DNA of 49,887 nt from a bacterium (GCA_021844025.1 JAKBUF010000003.1:1-49887), one strand, 5' to 3'. Shown: positions 19,273 to 29,130, counted from the first letter of the stretch. Numbers and translations are program-made. Notes: a model not told the origin generated them from the sequence alone.

Positions 19273-20544
19273 ATGCCCAAAATTACGAATTTATTTAAAA
19301 TCCCCGATTTGCGGAAAAAAATATTTTTCGTATTATTTTGGTTGATTGTGTTTCGTATTCTTGCTGCTATTCCAGTTCCTGATGTTGATCTGAGCCGATT
19401 ACAAAACTTTTTTGAAGGAAATCAGTTGTTTGGATTTTTAAATATATTCTCGGGAGGCGGTCTTTCTAATTTGTCTATTGCTATGTTGGGAGTTGGTCCC
19501 TACATTACCGCAACAATTATTATGCAGCTTCTTACTATGATCTTTCCTAAGCTCAAGGAAATGTATTATGAAGAGGGAAGTGCGGGGCGTATGAAATTTA
19601 ATAGATATTCAAAATATTTAACTGTTCCGTTAGCGTTTTTGTCTGGGTATGGATTTTTGAATCTTCTTATTTCTCAGCAGGTACTTCCTCAAATGGGGCT
19701 TACTTCTCTTTTGCGAGATACACTCATTGTGGTTGCTGGTTCTATGGCTTTGGTGTGGATAGGGGACCTTATTTCTGAGCAGCACTTAGGAAATGGTGTG
19801 TCGTTAATTATTTTTGCGGGTATTGTGAGCCGTATTCCTACTACCATACAACAGTTATTTGTATCATTTGATTCAACGGTTTTGATTAGTTACCTTGCGT
19901 TCTTGATCATTGCTCTTATTGTTATTGCGGGTGTGGTATATGTAAATGAAGCGGAACGGCGTGTTCCTATTACGTACGCCAAACGTGTTCGGGGGAATAA
20001 AGTATATGGAGGGGTTTCTAGTTATTTGCCACTAAAAGTAAACCAGGCGGGGGTCATTCCTATTATCTTTGCTATTTCTGTTCTTATGTTCCCGCAGTTT
20101 ATAGCCCAGGCGGTTGCTATTTTTTCGCGTGATACTTCTACGCGTCTTATAGATTTTGTTTCGGGTATATTTAATAACCACTATTGGTACGCATTGTTTT
20201 ACTTTGTGTTGGTGGTTTTGTTCACTTATTTTTATACTGCGGTTACGTTTGATCCAAAAGAGATTTCAAAAAATTTACAACATTCGGGGGGAGTTATTTT
20301 AGGAATTCGTCCAGGAGAAATCACCTCATCTTATTTGGGTAAAATTATTGCTCGCATTACTTTGTGGGGAGCTATCTTTTTAGGGGTCATTGCTATTTTA
20401 CCAAACATTACCACTATTATAACCGGTATTACTATTGTCTCTATTGGGGGTACTGCGCTCCTGATCGTGGTTTCGGTTGCTTTAGAGGTTTTGCGCCAGG
20501 TAAATTCTCAGCTTATCATGCGTGAATACGAGGGATTTGAGTAA
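19273..20544 (+). CDS. secY: preprotein translocase subunit SecY
   Basis: LGVGPYITATIIMQLL, GNGVSLIIFAGI, NQAGVIPIIFA, GIRPG. Confidence 0.99.
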   Translation: MPKITNLFKIPDLRKKIFFVLFWLIVFRILAAIPVPDVDLSRLQNFFEGNQLFGFLNIFSGGGLSNLSIAMLGVGPYITATIIMQLLTMIFPKLKEMYYEEGSAGRMKFNRYSKYLTVPLAFLSGYGFLNLLISQQVLPQMGLTSLLRDTLIVVAGSMALVWIGDLISEQHLGNGVSLIIFAGIVSRIPTTIQQLFVSFDSTVLISYLAFLIIALIVIAGVVYVNEAERRVPITYAKRVRGNKVYGGVSSYLPLKVNQAGVIPIIFAISVLMFPQFIAQAVAIFSRDTSTRLIDFVSGIFNNHYWYALFYFVLVVLFTYFYTAVTFDPKEISKNLQHSGGVILGIRPGEITSSYLGKIIARITLWGAIFLGVIAILPNITTIITGITIVSIGGTALLIVVSVALEVLRQVNSQLIMREYEGFE

Positions 20545-20569
20545 ACTTTTTATCTAAACTAATAATATA

Positions 20570-20599
20570 ACACATCCGCCTTCCGGCGGATTTGTTTTT
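20570..20599 (+). terminator. intrinsic terminator after secY
   Basis: ATCCGCC-TTCC-GGCGGAT followed by TTGTTTTT. Confidence 0.65.
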
Positions 20600-20631
20600 C
20601 AAACGTAAGTGAATATGATACACTCCTTTCT

Positions 20632-21348
20632 ATGGCAACTACATCATCAAAACAAAAATCCTCATCTATAGGGGCAGTGGTCATATTTGGATATCCGGGG
20701 TCGGGGAAGAGTACCCAGGCACAAATGATTGCTGAACGGTTTGGTTTTTATCATTTTGATACGGGCAGATTTGTAGAACATTTGGTATATGATCCTCGAA
20801 CAGCTTCTCGCCCAGATATAAAACATGAACGGAAATTATTTGAAACAGGTAAGTTAATGGATGCTGATTTTACTTTGAAACATATCGGTGCTCGTATAAA
20901 GGATCTTGCCAAAGGAGGGGAACGAATTGTTTTTAGTGGTTCTCCTAGAAATCTTGCCGAAGCTTTTGGAGATAAAAAATATAAAAAGGGGTTTGTTGAT
21001 GTATTGGATGAGGCGTATGGGCGCAAAGGAGTGTTATATATTTTACTCAAGGTTACTCAAAAAGAATCTCTTGAACGTAATTCAAAACGTTTGGTGTGCT
21101 CGGTGTGTCAGACTCCATTATTAGGGAAAACTCATGCATCACTTACTTCTTCTTGCCCATTTTGTGGAGGTAAACTATACCGACGTTCCCTCGATGACCC
21201 AAAAACTATTCTTGTGCGATTTAAAGAGTACGAACAAAAAACTCTTCCTATTATTCAAGAACTTCGCAAAAAACGGATTGTGGTACATGAAGTTTCGGCA
21301 AGTGCCATGCCGCATATTGTGTTTAAACGCATCTCTCAATTTTTATAA
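20632..21348 (+). CDS. adk: adenylate kinase (Zn-binding LID)
   Basis: P-loop GYPGSGKSTQA, GSPR, CSVC..CPFC, position between secY and map. Confidence 0.9.
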   Translation: MATTSSKQKSSSIGAVVIFGYPGSGKSTQAQMIAERFGFYHFDTGRFVEHLVYDPRTASRPDIKHERKLFETGKLMDADFTLKHIGARIKDLAKGGERIVFSGSPRNLAEAFGDKKYKKGFVDVLDEAYGRKGVLYILLKVTQKESLERNSKRLVCSVCQTPLLGKTHASLTSSCPFCGGKLYRRSLDDPKTILVRFKEYEQKTLPIIQELRKKRIVVHEVSASAMPHIVFKRISQFL

Positions 21349-21353
21349 TCTTT

Positions 21354-22112
21354 ATGGTTTCTTTAAAGACAGCTCAAGAAATAGAAACACTTAAAAAATC
21401 TGGCGCTATTCTGAAATCGTTGTTGCACGAGCTTTCTTTGCGTGCGCGTGAAGGAACTTCTCTTACCGAATTAGATTCTTTTGCTCGGTCGTTTGCTAAA
21501 AAGCATTCAGCACACCCAGCTTTTTTAGGATATCGTCCTGAGGGTGCGCGTCACGCGTATCAGGCGGCCATCTGCACCTCATTAAATGAAACGGTCGTTC
21601 ACGGAGTGCCTCATCAATATCGTTTGGTTTTAGGTGATGTTTTAAAAATTGATGCCGGTATTATTTATGAAGGTATGTATACCGATTCCGCTACCACCGT
21701 TGTTATTGGAAAGCCGTCTCCCCAGGTAAAACGGCTTATTTCTGCAACTAGGAAGGCTTTAGATGAGGCTCTTTCCATTATTAAACCCGGTAAAACCGTT
21801 GGGGATATTGGGTGGGTTATTGAACGACGTGCTCATTTAGAACATTGTAAAGTACTTCATGCTCTCACAGGACATGGAGTAGGGTATGAATTACATGAGG
21901 ATCCTCCTATTTATAATTATGGAACTAGGGGGGAGGGAATGGTGTTACGTGAAGGTATGGTGCTTGCTATTGAGCCCATGTTTAGTCTTTCGAGTGAAGA
22001 CATTGTTCAACAGTCAGATGAAAGTTATGCCTCTGCTGATGGAAGTTTAACCGCTCATTTTGAACACACGGTAGTGGTCACTAAACGAGGTCATTTAGTG
22101 GTAACCGCATAA
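21354..22112 (+). CDS. map: methionine aminopeptidase type I
   Basis: VHGVP, DSATT, GHGVGYELHEDP, AIEPM, AHFEHT. Confidence 0.97.
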   Translation: MVSLKTAQEIETLKKSGAILKSLLHELSLRAREGTSLTELDSFARSFAKKHSAHPAFLGYRPEGARHAYQAAICTSLNETVVHGVPHQYRLVLGDVLKIDAGIIYEGMYTDSATTVVIGKPSPQVKRLISATRKALDEALSIIKPGKTVGDIGWVIERRAHLEHCKVLHALTGHGVGYELHEDPPIYNYGTRGEGMVLREGMVLAIEPMFSLSSEDIVQQSDESYASADGSLTAHFEHTVVVTKRGHLVVTA

Positions 22113-22120
22113 TTATACGC

Positions 22121-22846
22121 ATGCCTTCAAAATCATCTCAACCATTGGTTTCTCTTGTTATACCGTGCGGAAAAGAACCCCATCGTATTGTTACGGCGTT
22201 ATTAGACATGGACGCATATTTTAGTAAACAGTCTTTCGCGTATGAGTTATTAGTGGTGTTTTATTCCTCTGATATACACACGCGTGATATTGTGCATCGT
22301 ATGGGGTCATTAATCCCTCATATGCGCACCATGGAAGTTAAATCGGGTGTGGGTAGCGCTATTCAAAGAGGAATGCTTGACGCACATGGCTTAATGCGTA
22401 TTTATGTTCCTCCTTTGCTGGCTCAACATGTCCAGTTATATCAAACGACCGAGAGTTTTTTTAGAAAAGGATATGATGTTGTCTCTGGATCTTATTATGC
22501 ATCGGAAGTAACCACAAAACCCCCCTTGCCCTGGGATCGGTTCTATCAATGGTTTATTCGCTTACTATTCCGCTTTTCTCCTCGTGATAGTGGCTCTGGG
22601 TGGGTGGCTTATTCTCAGAAAGCGGCGGTGCGTATTTTTCCTCTTACCACAGCTCATTCCGATGTTATTATTGGTGAATCGTTGGCGTTGGCTCGTTATG
22701 AAAATATGCGCGTAAAAGAACTTCCTATTACTGCGTCTGTTCGTCCACGTATTTCTTTTTGGTTGTATATGAGAAAAGTTTTTGAATCGGTAGGTATTTT
22801 TATTCACTTTTTCGTCTCGGGCCGTGCTTCTCGTAAGCGCATGTAA
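22121..22846 (+). CDS. glycosyltransferase family 2-like protein (degenerate)
   Basis: VSLVIP, YELLVV, GVGSAIQRGM..A.G, GYDVVSGS, DSGSG, VKELPI resemble Dol-P-glucosyltransferases; acidic DxD motif absent. Confidence 0.65.
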   Translation: MPSKSSQPLVSLVIPCGKEPHRIVTALLDMDAYFSKQSFAYELLVVFYSSDIHTRDIVHRMGSLIPHMRTMEVKSGVGSAIQRGMLDAHGLMRIYVPPLLAQHVQLYQTTESFFRKGYDVVSGSYYASEVTTKPPLPWDRFYQWFIRLLFRFSPRDSGSGWVAYSQKAAVRIFPLTTAHSDVIIGESLALARYENMRVKELPITASVRPRISFWLYMRKVFESVGIFIHFFVSGRASRKRM

Positions 22847-22863
22847 TCTGGTTCTTTTTGAGG

Positions 22864-22892
22864 TTGACTTTGTGAGTAATACGCAGTATATT
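22864..22892 (+). promoter_or_regulatory. sigma70 promoter of greA-lysS
   Basis: TTGACT-17 bp-TATATT. Confidence 0.6.
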
Positions 22893-22915
22893 TGTTTGAT
22901 ATTTATTATATTGTT

Positions 22916-23380
22916 ATGAGTGAACATTACGTAAGCAAGGAGAAAATGGAGGAGCTCAAGCATGAATTACGCGAACTAAAGACTAGTCATCGTATTGAGA
23001 TTGCGGAGCGTTTGAAGCGCGCGAAAGAGTTTGGAGACCTCTCTGAAAATTTTGAATATGCACAGGCAAAAGAAGATCAGGACCATTTGGAACATGATAT
23101 TTTTAAGCTTGAAAATCTTATTAAAAATTCAAGTGTTATTACCAAATCAAAAAATAAAAGTGTGGTAAGTGTGGGGCTTACGGTTGCCTTGCGAAAGGCA
23201 GATAAAAGTACTTCAACATTTACCATTGTTGGGTCTCAAGAGGCAGATCCTTCCCATAATAAAATCTCTAACGTATCTCCCATTGGGAAAGAATTAATTG
23301 GTAGAAAAATTGGGGACGTGGTGAAGGTAAAAACTCCTAAAGGAAGTGTTGTACAATACGAAATAATTGCGATAGAATAG
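22916..23380 (+). CDS. greA: transcription elongation factor GreA
   Basis: GDLSENFEY, IVGSQEADP..ISNVSPIG. Confidence 0.96.
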   Translation: MSEHYVSKEKMEELKHELRELKTSHRIEIAERLKRAKEFGDLSENFEYAQAKEDQDHLEHDIFKLENLIKNSSVITKSKNKSVVSVGLTVALRKADKSTSTFTIVGSQEADPSHNKISNVSPIGKELIGRKIGDVVKVKTPKGSVVQYEIIAIE

Positions 23381-23398
23381 AAACGGAACTATCCGTGT

Positions 23399-24850
23399 AT
23401 GGCTATTGATTCTATTTTTGAAGAACGGGTAAAAAAACTGGATCTTTTACGTAGTGAACAAGTTGATCCTTACCCAATTATCAGCAAACGCTCTCTTTTG
23501 ATTGAGAGCTTTTTGGGTTCTTTTTCGTCTCTTGCACGAAAAAAACAAACCGTGTATTTGGCAGGGCGCGTCCGTTCCATTCGTGATCAGGGTAAGATTC
23601 TTTTTGTTTCGTGTCAGGATTCAACCGGAAAGGTTCAGTGCATTCTAAAGAAAGATATATTATCTGACTTTACTCGTATTAAAAAAACGTTAGATATGGG
23701 CGATATCATTCAGGTGAGTGGTACCGCGCTGATCTCAAATACCGGTGAAAAAAGTTTATTAGTCAAAAAATACATTTTATTAAGTAAATCATTACGTCCA
23801 TTACCTTCTGATTTTTATGGGCTTGAGGATGTTGAAACCCGTTTACGTAAGAGATATTTAGATACTCTTTTAAACACTAACGAGTATACCTTATTTATAA
23901 AAAAAGCTATCTTCTGGAAGTCTATGAGAGATTTTCTGGAAACAGCTGGTTTTATGGCGGTAGAGACTCCTGTTTTTGAGGTTACGCCGGGAGGAGCGGA
24001 AGCAGAACCATTTGTGACTCATCATAATGCGCTTGATGAAGATTTTTATTTACGTATTTCTCTTGAGATTGCTTTAAAGAAAATGATTGTGGGGGGGTTT
24101 GAAAAAATTTATGAAATTGGGCGTATTTTCCGAAACGAAGGTATAGACGCCGAACATTTGCAGGATTATACCCAACTTGAATTTTACTGGGCATATGCGG
24201 ACTATCGGGAGCTTATGAAGTTTGTAAAGAAAATGTATCAGTCGGTTATTAAAAAAACATTTGGTACGTTGGTGCTTCCGTTTGGTAATAAAAAAATAAA
24301 TTGGGGGGGTGCATGGAAGACAGTTGATTATTGTGTGGTGTTTAAAAAATATAATAAGTTGGATGTTCTTTCGTGTTCTGATGATGATTTAAAAAATCGT
24401 GCAAAAGAATTAGGAATCTCGTTTGAAAAGGGTATTGGGCGAGGGAGACTTATTGATCTTATTTATAAAAAAACCGTACGGCCGCTTTTAATTCAGCCAA
24501 CGTTTCTTATTAATCCGCCAGTTACTATTGAGCCATTAGCGAAACGCTCACAAAAAGATCCTCGTGTGGTGGAGCGGTTTCAGGTTATGGCGTATGGTAC
24601 TGAACTGGGCAAGGGATTTTCTGAACTGAATGATCCTATTGATCAACGTAAACGATTTGAGGAGCAAATGAAACTTCGCGAGAAAGGAGATAAAGAGGCT
24701 CAAATGCTTGATGAAGAATTTTTAGAGGCGCTGGAATATGGTATGCCCCCAACCGCGGGATTCGGAACTTCTGAGCGGTTGTTTGCGGTGCTTGCGCAAC
24801 GCCCTATTCGGGAGACTATTTTTTCTCCTCCTATGAAGAAGAAAGATTAA
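23399..24850 (+). CDS. lysS: lysine--tRNA ligase (class II)
   Basis: GGAEAEPFVTHHNAL, FRNEG, ALEYGMPPTAG. Confidence 0.97.
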   Translation: MAIDSIFEERVKKLDLLRSEQVDPYPIISKRSLLIESFLGSFSSLARKKQTVYLAGRVRSIRDQGKILFVSCQDSTGKVQCILKKDILSDFTRIKKTLDMGDIIQVSGTALISNTGEKSLLVKKYILLSKSLRPLPSDFYGLEDVETRLRKRYLDTLLNTNEYTLFIKKAIFWKSMRDFLETAGFMAVETPVFEVTPGGAEAEPFVTHHNALDEDFYLRISLEIALKKMIVGGFEKIYEIGRIFRNEGIDAEHLQDYTQLEFYWAYADYRELMKFVKKMYQSVIKKTFGTLVLPFGNKKINWGGAWKTVDYCVVFKKYNKLDVLSCSDDDLKNRAKELGISFEKGIGRGRLIDLIYKKTVRPLLIQPTFLINPPVTIEPLAKRSQKDPRVVERFQVMAYGTELGKGFSELNDPIDQRKRFEEQMKLREKGDKEAQMLDEEFLEALEYGMPPTAGFGTSERLFAVLAQRPIRETIFSPPMKKKD

Positions 24851-24868
24851 CATTTAAGTTCGGTCTAG

Positions 24869-24890
24869 AGTCCCGAGAGGGGCTTTTTTT
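24869..24890 (+). terminator. intrinsic terminator after lysS
   Basis: AGTCCC-GAGA-GGGGCT followed by a T tract. Confidence 0.7.
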
Positions 24891-24940
24891 ATTTGCTATT
24901 CTTTGATATTCTATATTTGTGTTTACTTTTATTCTTACTT

Positions 24941-25075
24941 TATGCCCAGTAACTTTACTTTATACGCCGTAGGCGAAAAGACCTGTGCTGGAAATAACAG
25001 AAAGAAATAAAACGTAGTTTTGCATACATATTCATAAAAAGTATAATTTAAATAAAGTAACGTTAACTGGGTATG
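24941..25075 (+). mobile_element. start-codon-associated MITE-like/structured element, copy 1 (serS)
   Basis: TATG-CCCAGTAACTTTACTTTA...TAAAGTAACGTTAACTGGG-TATG; the right ATG is the serS start; homologous to 32397-32529 and 40307-40439. Confidence 0.75.
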
Positions 25076-26305
25076 ATCGATATTGATCTCATTCGAAAAC
25101 AGCCGGAAAAAGTAGCCGAAGGATTACGTAAACGAGGAAAAGACACCTCGCTGCTTGAATCATTTAAAAAACTTGATGATACTTGGCGGGAGCTAATAAA
25201 AAAAAGTGACGAGATTCGTGCTCAACAAAAAAAGGCTGCCCAAGATCGTGATCAGGAGAAGGGGAGAGAACTTAAAGAACAACTCAAGAAACTCGAAGAA
25301 AATGTAACTGAGCTTGAGCGTGAGAGATATATTCTTTTATTAGAGTTTCCCAATATTCCATTTGATGATGTGTTAGTTGGTCCCGACGAATCTCATAATA
25401 AGCAAATCCGATTTTGGAAAGAAAAACCGGAGTTTGATTTTCCTATAAAGGATCATATGGAATTAGGAGAGGCACTTGGTATTATTGATACCCAAAAGGC
25501 GGCGCATGTCGCGGGTTCTCGATTTTATTATTTAAAAGGAAAGGGAGCGTTGTTAGAGTTAGCTTTGGTTCAATACGCATTTGAAACACTTACTAAAGAG
25601 GGGTTTGAGGCCATTATTCCTCCGGTAATGATTCGTCCTGATACGTATGAGCGTATGGGGCGCCTTACTGATTCGCAGAAAGAAGAGCGCTATTATTTGC
25701 CTAAAGATGATTTATATTTAGTGGGAAGTGCCGAACATACTTTGGGGCCATTGCATATGGATGAAACGTTTATGCTCGATCAATTGCCAAAAGAATATGT
25801 TGGTTTTTCCACTTGTTTTCGTCGGGAGGCAGGAACCTACGGGAAAGACACCAAGGGAATTTTGCGAGTGCATCAATTTGATAAAGTTGAAATGTACGCA
25901 TTTTGTACCCCAGAAAAGTCTGAAGATGAACATAAAAAACTGCTTTCCATGCAAGAGAAGTTGTTTCAGGGACTAGAAATTCCATATGAAGTGGTTGAGA
26001 TTTGTACGGGGGATATGGGTCCTACCGATGCACGGCAGTTTGATGTTAATGCATGGATCCCCAGTCAACAAACATATCGGGAAGTTGCATCGTGTTCTAA
26101 TACCACCGACTACCAGACAAGGGGAATTAATACGAAAGTAAAAACTGTTGATGGTAAAACTCAATTTGCCCACGCGCTGAACGCAACCGCTCTTGCGATG
26201 AGTCGTACTATTATTGCTATTTTAGAAAATTACCAACAAAAAGATGGTTCGGTAATAATACCCCAGGTGTTACAGAAATATACAGGATTCAATTCTATTG
26301 TATAA
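25073..26305 (+). CDS. serS: serine--tRNA ligase
   Basis: MIDIDLIR, GSRFYY, CFRREAG, RVHQFDKVE, EVASCSN, ILENYQ. Confidence 0.98.
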   Translation: MIDIDLIRKQPEKVAEGLRKRGKDTSLLESFKKLDDTWRELIKKSDEIRAQQKKAAQDRDQEKGRELKEQLKKLEENVTELERERYILLLEFPNIPFDDVLVGPDESHNKQIRFWKEKPEFDFPIKDHMELGEALGIIDTQKAAHVAGSRFYYLKGKGALLELALVQYAFETLTKEGFEAIIPPVMIRPDTYERMGRLTDSQKEERYYLPKDDLYLVGSAEHTLGPLHMDETFMLDQLPKEYVGFSTCFRREAGTYGKDTKGILRVHQFDKVEMYAFCTPEKSEDEHKKLLSMQEKLFQGLEIPYEVVEICTGDMGPTDARQFDVNAWIPSQQTYREVASCSNTTDYQTRGINTKVKTVDGKTQFAHALNATALAMSRTIIAILENYQQKDGSVIIPQVLQKYTGFNSIV

Positions 26306-26376
26306 AGTATTAAGTATTAGGGATTGCATGCCTCTTTCCCGTACTACTTACTACTTATTCCTTACTACTTATATTT
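26299..26376 (+). repeat. heptamer-periodic inverted repeat (GTATTAA/TACTACT family) joining the serS stop to the next start
   Basis: GTATAAAGTATTAAGTATTAGGGA pairs with TCCCGTACTACTTACTACTTATTCCTTACTACTTAT. Confidence 0.65.
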
Positions 26377-27159
26377 ATGCGCGATTATCTCCAAGAAAAA
26401 CGAGAAGAAAACAGAAGAAAGAAAGGCAAAAAGTTACGTGTTATTATAGGAATTGTTTTGGTCATCATTTTAATATCTGGTGTTATTTGGCTACTTCGGG
26501 GTTCGTGGTACACTGTGCAATCCGTATCCGTTGAACAGTTAGATAGTGTTTTGTCGCAAGAGGTAGCATCTACCACCGACTCATATATTCACTCTCGTTC
26601 GTTTCTTGCGAGTATTTTTCTCAATGCAAATAGTTTTTTGGGTTTTGGGGGTAACTCTCTTGAGCAAGAAATTTCCCGCACCTATCCAGTACTTACCGAT
26701 ATTACTGTTTCAAAAAATTATTTTACTCGAGTTATAACTATACAAGCGCGTGAACGTGCTAAAACAGCGCTGTGGTGTGATTCTCAAAATTCTTGTTGGT
26801 GGTTTGATGATGATGGTGTTGTATTCCTTGAAGCTCCCGTTACCCAGGGGCAGCTTCTTAAAAAGGTTATTTCGTCTTCAAATACACCTATTACTATTGG
26901 TCAGCATATTCCTTTAGATAGTTCTGTTCTTAATTCTATTTTTTCATTTCTAGACGCGATACACGCTCCGGGAAAAAGTTTGTTGTGGAACCCCGCACTT
27001 GAAGAAATAACCACTGAAGCGCGTAAAGGTTTTCCAACTATTTACTTTAGCACCAGACAAGATCCTTCATACGCGCTTCCTTCCATTGAAAAAATTTCAA
27101 ATCTTCAAAATATTTCTTACATCGATTTGCGGGTTACTAATAGAATATATTATAGGTAA
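26377..27159 (+). CDS. FtsQ/DivIB-like cell division protein
   Basis: Basic N-terminus, one TM segment, POTRA-like region (ITIQARER), DDDGVVF and a C-terminal YIDLR. Confidence 0.7.
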   Translation: MRDYLQEKREENRRKKGKKLRVIIGIVLVIILISGVIWLLRGSWYTVQSVSVEQLDSVLSQEVASTTDSYIHSRSFLASIFLNANSFLGFGGNSLEQEISRTYPVLTDITVSKNYFTRVITIQARERAKTALWCDSQNSCWWFDDDGVVFLEAPVTQGQLLKKVISSSNTPITIGQHIPLDSSVLNSIFSFLDAIHAPGKSLLWNPALEEITTEARKGFPTIYFSTRQDPSYALPSIEKISNLQNISYIDLRVTNRIYYR

Positions 27160-27260
27160 TTTTCAGTTATCAGTTATCAATTTTCATTAAATTTTTTAAT
27201 GTTTCAATTATTTAATTGAAAATTCATTGATAGTTGGAAATTGGTAATTGAACATTATTG
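27160..27260 (+). repeat. AT-rich inverted repeat (CAATTTT/AAAATTG family) related to the rnpB insertion
   Basis: CAGTTATCAGTTATCAATTTTCATTAAATTTTTTAAT...GAAAATTCATTGATAGTTGGAAATTGGTAATTGAA. Confidence 0.7.
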
Positions 27261-27267
27261 ATTTTAT

Positions 27268-27615
27268 ATGCTTCCATCTTTTCATCTTTCTCAATATCTT
27301 TGGACAACTCATGCAAAAGTAAAAATGTCTTACTATAGACTTTCTGAAAGTAGGGTAAAACGGGTGTTGCGTAATCCGGTCCGGACCGAGGAGGGAATTG
27401 CTCCCAAAACGTTTGCGTGTATGCAGCCGGCGTCTACGAAAACCAAAGACGGCAAGAAAATGTGGAGTCAAGAACTATGGGTCATGGCGCAACATACAAA
27501 GAAGGGAGATATTAAAATTATTTCTGCGTGGCGATACCCAGGAATGTCAAAAATTCGCGCTCCGTTACCTGTGGAGGTACAGATGGAAATAGAAGAAGGA
27601 ATGAGTGAGTTATAA
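27268..27615 (+). CDS. hypothetical protein (DUF4258/RelE-like fold possible)
   Basis: WTTHAKVKM..RVKRVLRNP..ELWVM..IKIISAWRYPG. Confidence 0.7.
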   Translation: MLPSFHLSQYLWTTHAKVKMSYYRLSESRVKRVLRNPVRTEEGIAPKTFACMQPASTKTKDGKKMWSQELWVMAQHTKKGDIKIISAWRYPGMSKIRAPLPVEVQMEIEEGMSEL

Positions 27616-27822
27616 AGTTAAAAGTTGAAAGTTATAAAGATGCTACAAAATATGCACTCTTCTCCAGTAGTAGAACACTTCACTGTTTCAGTAGGAGATT
27701 AAGCTCTCTACGTGATGTGGTGAGGCGCGCTTTTAAATCTTGATATTTTTTGATATTCTACATTGGTGTGGTTATCCTTGTTTTCTTTTTACTTTAAAAC
27801 TTGATAACTTTAAAACTGATAT

Positions 27823-29103
27823 ATGGAATTTTTATCATTACTGTCAAAAAACGACCCGGAAACGCTACATAAAACGCTCTATGAGCGGTTTTTAGCTGAT
27901 TGGAAGGGAATTACCCCCCATGAACTATTGGAGCTCTTACATGTCAAAATAGAACAAGCGCTTACTTTTGATGAACTGGCCGATAGGTTGAATAAGAAAA
28001 AGAAAATAAGTGTGAAACTGGGAATTGACCCGACTGGCCCCGATGTGCATTTGGGGCACCTGGTTCCCATTATGTTACTGCGGCAATTTCAAAAAGCAGG
28101 ACATGTGGTGAATTTAATTATTGGAGATTTTACTGCTATGATCGGAGACCCAAGTGGTAGAAATACTCAGCGAGAAGCATTAACTTCTGCGCAAGTCGCA
28201 GCAAACAAAAAAACATATCTTAAACAAATTGGGCCGTATTTAGATGTAAAGACAGCACGTATCCATCATAATTCTAAATGGCTTTCTAAGTTGACTGCCA
28301 AAAGAATTCTTGCCGACTTACAAATGATTCCCGCAAGTAGTGTCTTACAGCGAGAAGATTTTAGAACTCGTTTGGAGACAGGGGACCCTCTTTCTATGGC
28401 GGAACTCTTATATAGTTATTTACAGGGAACTGATTCGGTTGAACTGGTATGTGATATTGAGGTTGGGGGGCGTGACCAATTTTTAAATCTAGCCCTCGGA
28501 AGAGACCTTATGCGCGTTAAAGGAATGGAACCGCAAATAAATCTTACCACGCCGGTGTTGGAAGGAACTGACGGAAGTGGTAAAAAAATGAGTAAGAGCT
28601 ATGGGAATTATATTGCGCTTACTATGAGCGCAGAAGATATATTTGGTAAAACAATGTCTATACCCGATACGTTGATTACCCCGTATTTTAAGGCGTTTGC
28701 GGACATTAGAAAAACCGAGATTTCGTATTTAGAAGAATTGATCCGTCAAAATCCTTTGGAAATGAAAAAACAGTTGGCTCAGTTTATGGTGGCTATTGCA
28801 ACTAAAAAATTGAAAGAGGCACTTGTACAACGCGAGGCATTTGAGAAGAAATTCAGTAAAAAAGAATTTGATGTTGATCTACCAACACTTGTCGTTGCTC
28901 AGGGTACTGTTTTATTTGAAGCGCTTAAACAAGAGAAGGGAGTTACCAAAGCGAGTAATACAGAATTATTTCGTTTGTTTGAGAGCGGGGCGGTGCGTGT
29001 GGTAGATCCTATTGAGAGAGCACTGAGTGTAAAAGACTCATTAGATGCGCCATGTGTAATTCGAGTCGGAAAGAAATTGTTTCTAAAAATTGAGATAGAG
29101 TAG
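27823..29103 (+). CDS. tyrS: tyrosine--tRNA ligase
   Basis: KLGIDPTGPDVHLGH, IGDFTAMIGDPSGR, GGRDQFLN, KMSKSYGN, C-terminal RVGKK. Confidence 0.96.
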   Translation: MEFLSLLSKNDPETLHKTLYERFLADWKGITPHELLELLHVKIEQALTFDELADRLNKKKKISVKLGIDPTGPDVHLGHLVPIMLLRQFQKAGHVVNLIIGDFTAMIGDPSGRNTQREALTSAQVAANKKTYLKQIGPYLDVKTARIHHNSKWLSKLTAKRILADLQMIPASSVLQREDFRTRLETGDPLSMAELLYSYLQGTDSVELVCDIEVGGRDQFLNLALGRDLMRVKGMEPQINLTTPVLEGTDGSGKKMSKSYGNYIALTMSAEDIFGKTMSIPDTLITPYFKAFADIRKTEISYLEELIRQNPLEMKKQLAQFMVAIATKKLKEALVQREAFEKKFSKKEFDVDLPTLVVAQGTVLFEALKQEKGVTKASNTELFRLFESGAVRVVDPIERALSVKDSLDAPCVIRVGKKLFLKIEIE

Positions 29104-29130
29104 GTATAATGCGAATGTCGCGAATATCAT

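Noticed and set aside
27639-27790. Possible T-box or leader peptide upstream of tyrS (MLQNMHSSPVVEHFTVSVGD)
   Set aside because: No T-box consensus or specifier stem, and the peptide has no Tyr codons; only a weak hairpin is present
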